From positions 682,001 to 746,000 of the forward strand of contig CP142731.1 in assembly GCA_036630325.1 (NCBI GenBank): a stretch of DNA of 64,000 nucleotides, read 5' to 3'. The notes below the pieces were generated by a model. The model saw only the letters and a program-made list of their open reading frames with translations, was not told the origin of the DNA and made no database searches. Of this stretch, positions 13,105 to 23,912 are shown one piece after another (position 1 is the first letter of the stretch; every line of letters begins with the position of its first letter). The DNA is from Vairimorpha necatrix (taxonomy: Eukaryota). The translations under genes and the position numbers were made by a program.

Positions 13105-14350
13105 CACCAGGTTGATTCTGCCTGACGTAGACGCTATTCCCTAAGATTAACCCATGCATGTTTTTGATATGGAAAAATGGACTGCTCAGTAATACTCACT
13201 TTATTTAATGTATTAAATTAGTATAACTGCGTTAAAGTGTAGCATAAGACATATACAGTAAGAGTGAGACCTATCAGCTAGTTGTTAAGGTAATGGCTTA
13301 ACAAGGCAATGACGGGTAACGGTATTACTTTGTAATATTCCGGAGAAGGAGCCTGAGAGACGGCTACTAAGTCTAAGGATTGCAGCAGGGGCGAAACTTG
13401 ACCTATGGATTTTATCTGAGGCAGTTATGGGAAGTAATATTCTATTGTTTCATATTGTAAAAGTATATGAGGTGATTAATTGGAGGGCAAATCAAGTGCC
13501 AGCAGCCGCGGTAATACTTGTTCCAAGAGTGTGTATGATGATTGATGCAGTTAAAAAGTCCGTAGTTTATATTTAAGAAGCAATATGAGGTGTACTGTAT
13601 AGTTGGGAGAGAGATGAAATGTGACGACCCTGACTGGACGAACAGAAGCGAAAGCTGTACACTTGTATGTATTTTTTGAACAAGGACGTAAGCTGGAGGA
13701 GCGAAGATGATTAGATACCATTGTAGTTCCAGCAGTAAACTATGCCGACGATGTGATATGATATTAATTGTATTAGATGATAGAAATTTGAGTTTTTTGG
13801 CTCTGGGGATAGTATGATCGCAAGATTGAAAATTAAAGAAATTGACGGAAGAATACCACAAGGAGTGGATTGTGCGGCTTAATTTGACTCAACGCGAGGT
13901 AACTTACCAATATTTTATTATTCAGAGAAGATTTTCAATCTGAGAATGATAATAGTGGTGCATGGCCGTTTTCAATGGATGCTGTGAAGTTTTGATTAAT
14001 TTCAACAAGACGTGAGACCCTTTTATTAATAGACAGACATAATCAGTGTAGGAAGGAAAGGATTAAAACAGGTCCGTTATGCCCTCAGACATTTTGGGCT
14101 GCACGCGCAATACAATAGATATATAATCTTTATGGGATAATATTTTGTAAGAGTTATTTGAACTTGGAATTGCTAGTAAATTTTATTAAATAAGTAGAAT
14201 TGAATGTGTCCCTGTTCTTTGTACACACCGCCCGTCGCTATCTAAGATGATATGTGTTGTGAAATTAGTGAAAACTACTTGAACAATATGTATTAGATCT
14301 GATATAAGTCGTAACATGGTTGCTGTTGGAGAACCATTAGCAGGATCATA
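13105..14350 (+). rRNA. Microsporidian small-subunit (16S-like) rRNA, ~1245 nt
   Basis: Starts CACCAGGTTGATTCTGCCTGAC (microsporidian 5' end); universal GTGCCAGCAGCCGCGGTAA and GTACACACCGCCCGTC; ends ...GCAGGATCATA. Confidence 0.97.
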
Positions 14351-14388
14351 ATAAGTTAAATTTAAATTGATTAGTAATTATTAAATTT
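14351..14388 (+). other. Single short AT-rich ITS (~38 nt)
   Basis: Spacer between the SSU 3' end and ACCCACACATGGGATC. Confidence 0.8.
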
Positions 14389-15982
14389 ACCCACACATGG
14401 GATCAATAGGATACCATAACGATGAAGGTCGTAATAGAATACGAAAGTATATTTTTTGCCTAATTAATATATTTATAATGTATTGATAACCCTTTGAACT
14501 TAAGCATATCATTAAAAGGAGGAAAAGAAACTAACTAGGATTTCTTTAGTAGCAGCGAGTGAACAAGAAATAACCCTCCATTGTAATCCTTAATTGGAGT
14601 TGTAAATGGTTTATTCTATTAATTATATTTATAGAGAATATTATATTCGTTATTAATAGAATAGAATAATGTACTTGAGTAGAGCTGCTTGGTAGTGCAG
14701 TTTGAATAAAGGTAGAATGAAATATCTAAGGTTAAATATAATGGTATACCGATAGAAAATAAGTACTGCGAAGGAACTTGTGAAAATGTGTGGAGTTTAG
14801 CCTTATTTTTAAGGACCCGTCTTGAAACACGGACCAAGGAGATTATAATTATAGCAAGATAAAAATTAAATTTTTTAATCTTTATTAACTTGATTAGTTA
14901 TAATTATAAGACCCGAAACACAGTGAACTATACATGTTCTGGTTGAAGATAAGCAACAGTTTATTGGAAGACCATAATCATTCTGACGTGCAAATCGATG
15001 ATTTAAGATGTGTATAGTGGCGAAAGACCAATCGAACTGTGTGGTAGCTGGTTCACAGCGAAATGTCTCTCAGGACAGCAGTTATTATTATATAGGACAT
15101 AGATGTAGGACACTGTTATAGTTTTTTAACTATGAGAAATCTTTAATTCTATGGAATTATATAAATTAAATTTATATAATGAATCTATTGTATAACTAGT
15201 GGGCACATGATTGTAAGAATGATGTGCAAAAAGGAATGAACCTTATGAAACATTAAATATTCTAAATAGTAGATATTATACCATAAATATGATGAATACA
15301 TTGAGACAGTAGGGCGGTTGTTATGGAAGTAGAAATCCGCTAAGAAACGTGTTACAACGTACCTACCGAATGTATTATTGTATAAAATGGAAGAAGATTA
15401 CTACTTTTATGAGATGTTTCTAATGAATATTTAGGTAGCTGTGCAATTTGTTTGTATTGAAGTATATATGTGAGTATATATAGAAGAAACAAATGAGCCG
15501 ATCTTGGAGGCAGTAACAATATATTTGTATAGATATAGACTAGGGTTTTCAATTATTATTGAAGTGAATCGGTGTTATTTATAAAAACAAAAAAGATTAA
15601 TAATTCTTTATTAAATTATTATAAGGTAACTTGATAATGACAGTATATTTCAATAAATTTAAGATAAATGAATTAAATTTTATTTTAACTATGGATTGTC
15701 ATGATAAGAAATAGTTAATTATATATACTTGATAAAAATAAAATAATTTTAACCGTACCTATACCGCATCAGGTGTCTTTGTATCATAACAAATATTTTA
15801 AATTAAAGTAAGTAAGGGAATTCGGCAAATTAGATCTGTAACTTTGGGATAAAGATTGGCTCTAGCATGCTAGAACTTTTACTATGTAAGGAATCTGACT
15901 GTTTATTAAAAACATAGCTTTTTGTATTTACAAGAAGTGAATTCTGCCCAGTGCATTTATTGTTAAAGTTGTGTAAGCGAAT

Positions 15983-16035
<53 letters not shown>

Positions 16036-16134
16036 TTAATTGGTGACGCGCATGAATGGAGCAACGAGATTCCTACTGTCCCTACTTACAATTTTGTGAA
16101 ACCACGAGACAAGGGAACGGGCTTGTTATTTATC

Positions 16135-16166
<32 letters not shown>

Positions 16167-16601
16167 TTAGTATGTTTTAATAAATATTCGGTATATTGTA
16201 GAGAGGTGGGAGAAGTATTGTGAAACCACTAGTATGTTTGAATATTTATTTATTAGAATATATGGGGAGTTTGGCTGGGGCGGTACAGCTGTTAAAAAGT
16301 AACACAGCTGTCCTAAGGTAGATGAATGATGGATGGTAACCATCAGTTTATTATAAGGGAATAAATCTGCTTTACTTTATGCATATGACTGTATTTAGTA
16401 GGGAAACCTTGGCCTAGCGATCCCAATTACATTCATTATGTATTGGGTGATTGAAAAGTTACCACAGGGATAACTGGCTTGTAGCAGGCAAGCGATCATA
16501 GCGACTCTGCTTTTTGATTCTTCGATGTCGTCTCTTCTGATCATCGTAGTGTATATGTTACGAAGTGTTGGATTGTTCACCCGGTAATGAGGAACGTGAG
16601 A

Positions 16602-16643
<42 letters not shown>

Positions 16644-16870
16644 TAAGTATTTTTGAGTGAACTTTGATAGTACGAGAGGAACTCTAAGTGATGACCACTG
16701 GTAGTGCGATTAACTATTAAGTTATGTTGCTTAGCTACGTCGTTTCGATTAAGGCTGAAAGCCTCTTAAGCCTGAAGCGTAGCTCAAAGATACATTTAGG
16801 AGAATACTACTCTTTTAAGCAGAACTGTAAGAATGAAGGTGTATGCCGACATTTTGAGGTTACTGCTTTT
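14389..16870 (+). rRNA. Large-subunit rRNA with fused 5.8S-like 5' domain; 3' end approximate
   Basis: AACGATGAAG (5.8S-like), GAACTTAAGCATATC, GACCCGTCTTGAAACACGGACC, AACTATGACTCTCTTAAGGTAGCCAAATGCCTCGTC, sarcin-ricin loop AGTACGAGAGGAAC at ~16670. Confidence 0.95.
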
Positions 16871-16929
16871 TTTGTATGTATAGTAGGTGTTGTGTTGTAT
16901 TGAGAGCGTACTTTATGTCTAGATTTGGT

Positions 16930-17185
16930 ACCCTTACAAGAGAGCGTCCACGTCGCGGAGAGTGGGACCGATGTTTTTTAACTACCCTCTACAAGAGAGC
17001 GTCCACGTCGCAGAGGGCGGGACCGATGTTTTTTAACTAGGTGCAGATCTCTAAGTCTTACCAACCTTCGGCTGCTGGTTGGTAAGTAGGGCCAGCTATA
17101 CTCTAGGGGTGGGAGACCCATTGCTGGTGAGAAGGACACCGTTAACTTTCGAGTAATTCTTCATATTTTTAACCTGGGAGAGGTT
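16930..17185 (+). mobile_element. Two 3'-truncated ribozyme-SINE units (16930-16983 and 16984-17185)
   Basis: Both start ACCCT...ACAAGAGAGCGTCCACGTCGC like the full-length unit; the first stops at TTTTTTAACT, the second at ACCTGGGAGAGGTT. Confidence 0.85.
16984..17052 (+). ncRNA. HDV-like ribozyme fold (copy with a compensatory U-A pair in P1)
   Basis: P1 ACCCUCU/AGAGGGC, P2 AGAGA/UCUCU, P3 GCG/CGC, L3 UCCACGU, P1.1 CC/GG, P4 ACC/GGU, J4/2 G-C-A-G-A. Confidence 0.82.
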
Positions 17186-17255
17186 ACCCTCCACAAGGGA
17201 GCGTCCGCGTCGCGGAGGGTGGGACCGATGTTTTTTTAACTAGGTGCAGATCTCT
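17186..17255 (+). ncRNA. HDV-like ribozyme fold
   Basis: P1 ACCCUCC/GGAGGGU, P2 AGGGA/UCUCU (G.U wobble), P3 GCG/CGC, L3 UCCGCGU, predicted catalytic C at 17247. Confidence 0.87.
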
Positions 17256-17664
17256 AAGTCTTACCAACCTTCGGCTGCTGGTTGGTAAGTAGGGTCAGCT
17301 ATACTCTAGGGTTGTAGACCCATTGCTGGTGAGAAGAACGCCTTTAACTTTCGAGTAATTCTTCATATTTTTAACCTGGGAGAGGTTGGGCATGATACTG
17401 AAGCTGTATTGTTCCGCTGAACTGAGTCGTGTTCTTAAATGGTGTATTGAACCAGGCGTTGTGTTTTCGTCAGGTCCGCGAAATATGTAGTCAGAGATGA
17501 CTAAGGATCTGTTACCTATAGGAACAAATTTTTCTCCTACAAGCGAGGCCGTTGAGGTATGCTGGCGTGTAATCGCAATTATTGATGTTTTTCTGGTTGG
17601 TGGAGTTTTTGGTGGCTTGGTGGCTTTTCTTCGTTTTGCTGATTCTGTCTTTTTTACAATAAAC
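17186..17664 (+). mobile_element. Full-length ribozyme-headed non-autonomous retroelement (~0.5 kb); its T-rich tail continues at 24748-24776 after the Merlin insertion
   Basis: Ribozyme, then a 10-bp hairpin CTTACCAACC/GGTTGGTAAG, then a ~300-nt segment shared with the LINE A 3'UTR (from ACCTGGGAGAGG to TTTACAATAAAC). No meaningful ORF. Confidence 0.85.
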
Positions 17665-17863
17665 GGTTAAGTTCTCGACTTACCCCCCCCCCCCCCACCC
17701 CTAAAAAAAATAAAAAAAGGGGAAAAAATAAAAAAAAATAAAAAAAAATAAAAAAAGGGGAAAAAATAAAAAAAAATAAAAAAAGGGGAAAAAATAAAAA
17801 AAAATAAAAAAACGTTTAATTCTCGACTTAACCCCCCTTACCCCCCAAAAAAAACAAAAAAAA

Positions 17864-18553
17864 TTATTCCACAATTGTAAAGTCTATTTCAGGAATAATA
17901 TCATAAGCTACAATACTAAAATTACCTATTTGAAAAAATTCTAACATTTTATCCAATAGATTTTCACGATATATTAATTTGAATCTGTTAATGTAAATCT
18001 TTCTTACAAGATTCATAATAGTACCATGACTAGTTCCTCCTTTTCTTAGTTCTCTTTTAATAACCGACCACATTCCCTCTATAGTCTGAGTATGCGCACC
18101 AGTTATATTATCAACAAAATTTTGGCTGTGATTCACAGTCAAATGTAGATACTCATATTCTACACAGATTGTTTGAATATCACAATATCCACGCCAACAA
18201 TCTGTCACAATTGTGGTCCCCGGAGCAATTTTTCTTGTAATTAATTCAACAAGAGTAGCTCTTGTTCTATTTTCTACGATCTCAAAGAAAAAAGAATTTG
18301 CATCCCCTCTCACAACGCCTCCAACTGCCCATACTTGATATTGAAGAACCCTTCCCGCATGGTTTTTACTTTTTACAAGTAAAGTTTCATCAATTTCAAC
18401 AATACAACCGACGCCGCCAATCGTTTGATTGTTTATATATGTTGAATAAGAGACGTACACGGCGTTATTAAAACGCGTAAACCATCTTGATACCGTACAT
18501 TTACCTATATCAAGTTCTAACGTGGCGGCCAAATTACTTGAACCCTTTACCCA
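17864..18553 (-). pseudogene. Merlin transposase, C-terminal part (DDE)
   Basis: VEIDET, WAVGGV, IVTDCWRGY, HLTVNHSQNFVD...HTQTIEGMWS. Confidence 0.92.
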
Positions 18554-20227
18554 ATGAAGGGTAAAGCAAGAGAAAGCAGGAGCGAGCTCAGTAGAGCAAA
18601 AAGTGACCACTTTGGTGGTCCAAACAACAATTTAGATATAGAAATGTATTTAAAACAACAAACTAAGCATGTATATGCTAATAAAAGTTTCCCAAGTGTT
18701 ACTTTCAAAAATGATGGAGAAATGAAATATTTTCTCAAGAAAATAAAAATTCTCTCGGAAAGAATTAATAAAAATGATATTTTTGACACATCAAAAAAAG
18801 AAAACAATAAAGATCTTAGTGATCTTAAAAGATACATAGCTAGCACTACTGAATTATTACTGATTCAGCAGACATATCTGGAGCTCTTCCATGACAAGCT
18901 AGAAAAACAAAATATCAAATTAAAAAATTTGATTAAAAATAATCTGATGGATGACAGTAATCAATTTACAGAATCAACAAAAAATAAAATTGAGATGATG
19001 ATTGAGAATCACTCAAAAGAATGTGTAGAACAAAAGGATAATAACTCCGATGTTCCAAATGATACCAGTAGCGAAACCCTTCAGTTAGCTACTGGAAACA
19101 ATGATATTTCTAAATTAGAAATCATAAATGAAGATGTTTTAATTAATGTCAAAAATATCGTGTCTGCTGTCAAAGTAGAAGAAGAAGATCGATTGTCAGA
19201 TGATGGCAAAAGAAAATGTATAGGTGTCTCAAATGCGTCTACAAATATTATAATTAATAAAAATATTAAAACAAAAGATGTTAAGCTAGACTTAGCTTTC
19301 ATTAATAAAAAAGCAGTAGTTAGACATCTGTCAACTATCTCTGCTATTATAGCTGGTAAAAGAAAAGCTCCTAAGAATGGAGTCAAGCTTTTCCATATAA
19401 ACGAAGACGGATGGACATCTGTCAAACACACATTCAAGCCTAAAGTCCAGATAGACTTGAAGAAAAACAGAAGTGGTAAAACCACAGATAAAACCAACTT
19501 TAATAGATTTAAATCACTTAAAGTAGAAACTAGTGGCAATGTAAAAGTGCCCAAAAAGATTAATCATGAAGCTGTAAAGAGAAAGAATATCATTCCTAAA
19601 AAAGATCATGAAAAGGAAAGATTACAAAATCAGAGAATAAATTTTACAAAAAAAACGAAGGACAGAAAAAATGAGAAATGTCAACAAAAAAGAGTTCCAG
19701 TTTTACCAAAGAAAAACTGGGCCAAAGAGCTATCTGAAGAAGCTCTTATGAAAATTATTAAGGATGGTAGAATTATTTCCAAGTGTAAGTTTAGGATAGC
19801 TCTTGTGTCTGGACTCGGATTGAAAGGGAAACCTCAATCTAGAGACGCTTGGGCAGCCTTAGCTGATGTGGAAAATAAAGATATACCACTTATAAAACAA
19901 TTTAAAGATTCGGAAGTAGTACTTCTGATGATTAGAGAACACGTGGGCCAAAAGGTACTAAGCAAAATTAAAGAAAAGTTCGGAGGTTCTAATATCTGCG
20001 ATGAAGTTAATTTCTTCACCGACTTTATGTCTTTAACAAAAACAACTGTTCTAGGAGAGCTGCAAAGACTCTCTGGAACGCATAAAAATTTTGTACCGCT
20101 TGTAAAAGCATGTTGGTACATAACTAAAGAATTAAATAAAGAAAACCCAAACCATGGTTCTTTCATTATTTTAGAAAATATGATGGGTGAGCCTGCCCGA
20201 GAATCTAAGGACTTTAACAATGAATAA
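18554..20227 (+). CDS. LINE A ORF1 (Lys/Asn-rich, coiled-coil-like N-terminus, no recognisable domain); start uncertain
   Basis: 557-aa ORF directly upstream of, and overlapping, the ORF2 start; conserved in copy 2. Confidence 0.8.
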   Translation: MKGKARESRSELSRAKSDHFGGPNNNLDIEMYLKQQTKHVYANKSFPSVTFKNDGEMKYFLKKIKILSERINKNDIFDTSKKENNKDLSDLKRYIASTTELLLIQQTYLELFHDKLEKQNIKLKNLIKNNLMDDSNQFTESTKNKIEMMIENHSKECVEQKDNNSDVPNDTSSETLQLATGNNDISKLEIINEDVLINVKNIVSAVKVEEEDRLSDDGKRKCIGVSNASTNIIINKNIKTKDVKLDLAFINKKAVVRHLSTISAIIAGKRKAPKNGVKLFHINEDGWTSVKHTFKPKVQIDLKKNRSGKTTDKTNFNRFKSLKVETSGNVKVPKKINHEAVKRKNIIPKKDHEKERLQNQRINFTKKTKDRKNEKCQQKRVPVLPKKNWAKELSEEALMKIIKDGRIISKCKFRIALVSGLGLKGKPQSRDAWAALADVENKDIPLIKQFKDSEVVLLMIREHVGQKVLSKIKEKFGGSNICDEVNFFTDFMSLTKTTVLGELQRLSGTHKNFVPLVKACWYITKELNKENPNHGSFIILENMMGEPARESKDFNNE

Positions 20228-23200
20228 AGTATCTTTGTTAAAGTCCTGTTATTATAGGAAATTATTTTCCTATAACAAGAGTGATATTTTCAAATCTCTA
20301 AATAAAAAAACGCATAATCCAATTGGATTTACTCAGATTAAAAATACTTTCCAAACGACAACGAGATTGAATAGTCTCAAATATTTTTCTATTAGAAAGA
20401 ATATGTGGTGGAAGAAAGTACAAGAACAATATTGTATTGTCAAGATACAAAGAATTCCTTATGGAGTGAAAGATCTCCTCAAAGACTTATGTAAGAAGAA
20501 CTCTCTTTTGGAGAATTCCATCATTACAGCAAGAAAGTATAGACGAAGAGACACGTCTTTTACAAAAATAATAGTTGAAAAACTATACGCAAATTTATTG
20601 ATTAAGACAGTTAAAGCTAAAGGCTTTAAAGTTTTAAATGATAATAGAAAAGAACTAGAGAAATCTAGTAAAGTAAATAAAAAGACCAAAGAGAACATAA
20701 AACTCTTAAGTCTAAACATTAATCATCTCTCTAATAAGAGAGAAGAACTTGAGTTTCTTCTTAAGAAGGAGAAACCAGAAATTATGTGTTTACAAGAAAC
20801 TTGGAGACAATCTACAAGACCTTTAAAACTTGAAAAATACACTACAGTTGAAACACCTAGTGGTGGAAAAAATAAACCAGGATTAATAACTCTGGTTAGA
20901 AATAATGGAGCGATCAGATGTTCCAAAAAAGGAACCGACTCAAACATTCTGCAAACTGTAGTTGAGTTTAGTTCAGCAGGCAAATGGATTAAGTATTTAG
21001 TCTTAAATGTCTACATACCACAAAACAAGGATCTCAAAAGGGAGACCTTGGCTAGATTATTTTCTCTTTTAGAAAAAGAGAATTTCAGAAATAACTATAG
21101 TGAGATCATAGTGATGGGAGATATGAATATGCAGAGTTCTAGTCTCAAGAAAAAATTAAATGTAGTTGGTTTGCCAGTTACAATAAAATATAACAGCAAC
21201 GATGGTACAAGGATCCTCAAAGATGGTAAAAGATCTAAGAGGAAAATTGATACCATCTTTCGACTAAAAAGTAATGATAATGAGAAGATCATTATATCCA
21301 AGTCTTGGGTATTAAGTGATCACTTAGTGCTCAAAAGAAGTATTAAACTTGCCGTTGATAAGATCTCCGATCAACTAGTTTATGATAAGAAAATGCTGGA
21401 AAATCCAAAAGTGATTAAAAAGCTAAAAAAGAAGTTGTGTAATCAACAATTAAACATGAATAATCTCCCCGAGATTATTCAGAAAGTTTGTACATCTTTG
21501 AAGATTTACAAAAAGAGAAGAGTCCATACTGGACTTACAATGAGATGGAGATATTTAAAAGTCTTCAAAGAAAAACGTCTAGCAGCAAGAGCTGTTATGA
21601 AAAATTACAATGAAATCAACTCAATTAGATTCGAATATCTCAAAAAGAGAGTAGACGAAACTAAAAAGTTGATTCGCAAAGATAGATCGAAACTTTGGGC
21701 TTTAAGAGGAATAAAGCTCTTTAAAAGTAACAGATCCCGAGAATTCTGGCAATGGCTGAAAAATAGAAGTGTTTCCATTCGTTTGGATCAAGTGGCTCTA
21801 ATTGACCACAATAAGCTTCTTCAGACTTGCCGAGCAAAGAAGCTAGAAATAGCAAATAATTTTTACGCTGATTTGGCGTCAGAGAATGATATAGATGTCA
21901 ATGTCTATGATAAAGTAGATCTTGTTGATCTTCCCCCAGAGATAACAGATGAAGAATTTCTATCCGCACTGAAGAAATGTGGAAATAACAAAGCTGCCGG
22001 TCCTGATGAGATTCCAACCGAGCTATACAAATACTTACTGACTAGAGCAGTAGAAGATAAATTCTTTAAATTCATGCTACATGAATTTAATAAATATATT
22101 TGTGGAAATAGTACTCCTGAATATTGGAGCATGGCAAACATGATTTGCCTTCACAAAAAAGGAGATGAGACAGATCTGAATAATTATAGGGGAATCTCCT
22201 TAATTAACACAATTAGTAAGATCTATCTCAAGATAATAAATGACAGGTTAACTCAATTTGTCGAAGAACAAGATATACTCTCTAGATACCAAGCAGGATT
22301 CCGAGCAGGTGAAGAGTGTATGAATCAGATTACATCTCTACTAGAAATAGTGAGAAGAAGAGAATTCAGAGGCTTGAACACAATAATGTGTTTCATTGAC
22401 TTTGAAAAAGCTTATGATAATGTAAGTCATGACTTATTATTTGAAAAGCTTACAAAACTTAATATCCCATTGTATTTAATCAATACAATAAAGGATATTT
22501 ATAAATATACCACCATGCGTGTGAAAATTGGTGGTGACACGTCAAGTGGTTATAGCTACAGAAAAGGAGTGAGACAAGGGTGCCCTTGTTCTCCAATGCT
22601 GTTCAATATATTCATCAATGATATTTTTGACGGCATAGAAGGAGTTTTGATCCCAAGATCAAATACGAGAGTTCCGGGACTGATGTTCGCAGATGATATT
22701 GTTGTCTTCGGAAACAACATTGATGATCTTAATAATAAGATCAATAGAATTTCAAAGTGGGCAGTTAATAACAGAATGAAGATTAACTGCACAAAAAGCG
22801 GAGTATTAGAATGGAATGCTCATTCTAACATACAAGAATTCCGAAGTTTATATTCTCTCAGTACAGACTTTGGTGTGATTGAAGAAGTCACTGAATACAG
22901 ATATCTAGGTGTCTTAATTAAAAGAAACACGCTAGAAGAACACTTGGTTAAAGACGCAGCAATGCGTGGCAAGAAAGCCTTGGACGCCTTGATGCCCAAG
23001 TTGATGAATAGCAGCATCAATCTCTACTTCAAGGCGATCTTAATAAAATGTGTACTAGTACCCACACTAATGTATGGCAGTGAATTGTGGGGAATGTCAA
23101 GTACAAGAGCAGGTAAGATTAACAGGATCTTAAGAAAATCTATCAGAATGATATTCAAAAGAGTATTAGTTCCACTAGATAGAGTAATGGACGAGTTCAG

Positions 23201-23912
23201 TATCGAACGAATTCATATACAAGCAGCTTTGAGTAGATTCAGAGCATACAACAAGTGGAAACACAATAAGACAATCATATCGGATATAATCTCAATTAAT
23301 CCGAAAGAAAGAAAAACTACCTGGTGTTCAAGAACACAAAGATGGTTAAAACGATTTGTTGGCAACGAATACGAATCAAGTGATAGTAGATTTATCACTA
23401 CAAAAATAATTGATGTACTAAGAAGTCGAAGAACTCTAAATACTTCTTTAGCTGCATCAATAGCAAACCAATATGACATAAGAAATTCACAAATAAAATA
23501 TGTCATGAACAAAATAAACAATAGAAAAATTAGAACATATACTAGATTGAGATGTAATCTAGTAAAGTGGTCCTCAGCAATAGCATATTCAAAAAGAATA
23601 CCAATGAGTTATAGAAACAAATGCTTTTTGTGTGATGGACCACAAGAAAATTTAGAACACTTTCTGTTGGAGTGCGTCTGTTTTACTGACATTAGAACAT
23701 CTTTTGAAAATAAACTGCCTCTACTGACTTGTTCAAAAACAAATATCCGAGAAAAAACCAAACAACTCCTTGGTAATAAAATCGGACTAAAAAATAACCC
23801 AGATAAGATAAAAGAACTTTGTTGGACTATAGAGTTCTTAGATAGAATGGTTGTCTCTAGAAGAATTATATTTGAAAAGAAACTTAAAGAGATAACAAAA
23901 CAGGATAATTAA
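20220..23912 (+). CDS. LINE A ORF2: AP endonuclease + reverse transcriptase + C-terminal CCHC (RTE/RTEX/L2-group-like; clade inferred)
   Basis: LSLNIN, CLQET, GDMN, SDH (APE); NYRGISL, FIDFEKAYD, GVRQGCPCSP, FADD, YRYLGV, YGSELWG; CFLC...HFLLEC. ATG at 20220 overlaps the ORF1 stop (ATGAATAA). Confidence 0.95.
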   Translation: MNKVSLLKSCYYRKLFSYNKSDIFKSLNKKTHNPIGFTQIKNTFQTTTRLNSLKYFSIRKNMWWKKVQEQYCIVKIQRIPYGVKDLLKDLCKKNSLLENSIITARKYRRRDTSFTKIIVEKLYANLLIKTVKAKGFKVLNDNRKELEKSSKVNKKTKENIKLLSLNINHLSNKREELEFLLKKEKPEIMCLQETWRQSTRPLKLEKYTTVETPSGGKNKPGLITLVRNNGAIRCSKKGTDSNILQTVVEFSSAGKWIKYLVLNVYIPQNKDLKRETLARLFSLLEKENFRNNYSEIIVMGDMNMQSSSLKKKLNVVGLPVTIKYNSNDGTRILKDGKRSKRKIDTIFRLKSNDNEKIIISKSWVLSDHLVLKRSIKLAVDKISDQLVYDKKMLENPKVIKKLKKKLCNQQLNMNNLPEIIQKVCTSLKIYKKRRVHTGLTMRWRYLKVFKEKRLAARAVMKNYNEINSIRFEYLKKRVDETKKLIRKDRSKLWALRGIKLFKSNRSREFWQWLKNRSVSIRLDQVALIDHNKLLQTCRAKKLEIANNFYADLASENDIDVNVYDKVDLVDLPPEITDEEFLSALKKCGNNKAAGPDEIPTELYKYLLTRAVEDKFFKFMLHEFNKYICGNSTPEYWSMANMICLHKKGDETDLNNYRGISLINTISKIYLKIINDRLTQFVEEQDILSRYQAGFRAGEECMNQITSLLEIVRRREFRGLNTIMCFIDFEKAYDNVSHDLLFEKLTKLNIPLYLINTIKDIYKYTTMRVKIGGDTSSGYSYRKGVRQGCPCSPMLFNIFINDIFDGIEGVLIPRSNTRVPGLMFADDIVVFGNNIDDLNNKINRISKWAVNNRMKINCTKSGVLEWNAHSNIQEFRSLYSLSTDFGVIEEVTEYRYLGVLIKRNTLEEHLVKDAAMRGKKALDALMPKLMNSSINLYFKAILIKCVLVPTLMYGSELWGMSSTRAGKINRILRKSIRMIFKRVLVPLDRVMDEFSIERIHIQAALSRFRAYNKWKHNKTIISDIISINPKERKTTWCSRTQRWLKRFVGNEYESSDSRFITTKIIDVLRSRRTLNTSLAASIANQYDIRNSQIKYVMNKINNRKIRTYTRLRCNLVKWSSAIAYSKRIPMSYRNKCFLCDGPQENLEHFLLECVCFTDIRTSFENKLPLLTCSKTNIREKTKQLLGNKIGLKNNPDKIKELCWTIEFLDRMVVSRRIIFEKKLKEITKQDN

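Noticed and set aside
16005-16025. R2-type insertion in the LSU
   Set aside because: The TTAAGGTAGCCA site is intact, and the LINEs here have APE rather than restriction-like endonuclease domains.
13442-16580. Short ORFs within the rDNA (13442, 14619, 15352, 16395)
   Set aside because: Antisense to rRNA; chance frames.
17085-17125. Faint 5S rRNA-like words (AAGTAGGG, TGGGAGACC) in the SINE body
   Set aside because: Matches are short, spacing does not fit 5S and no 5S fold could be built; a cmsearch with RF00001 would settle it.
17682-17860. C-runs and A/G-runs as telomeric repeats
   Set aside because: They are part of the Merlin TIR and subterminal repeats, mirrored at 24620-24739.
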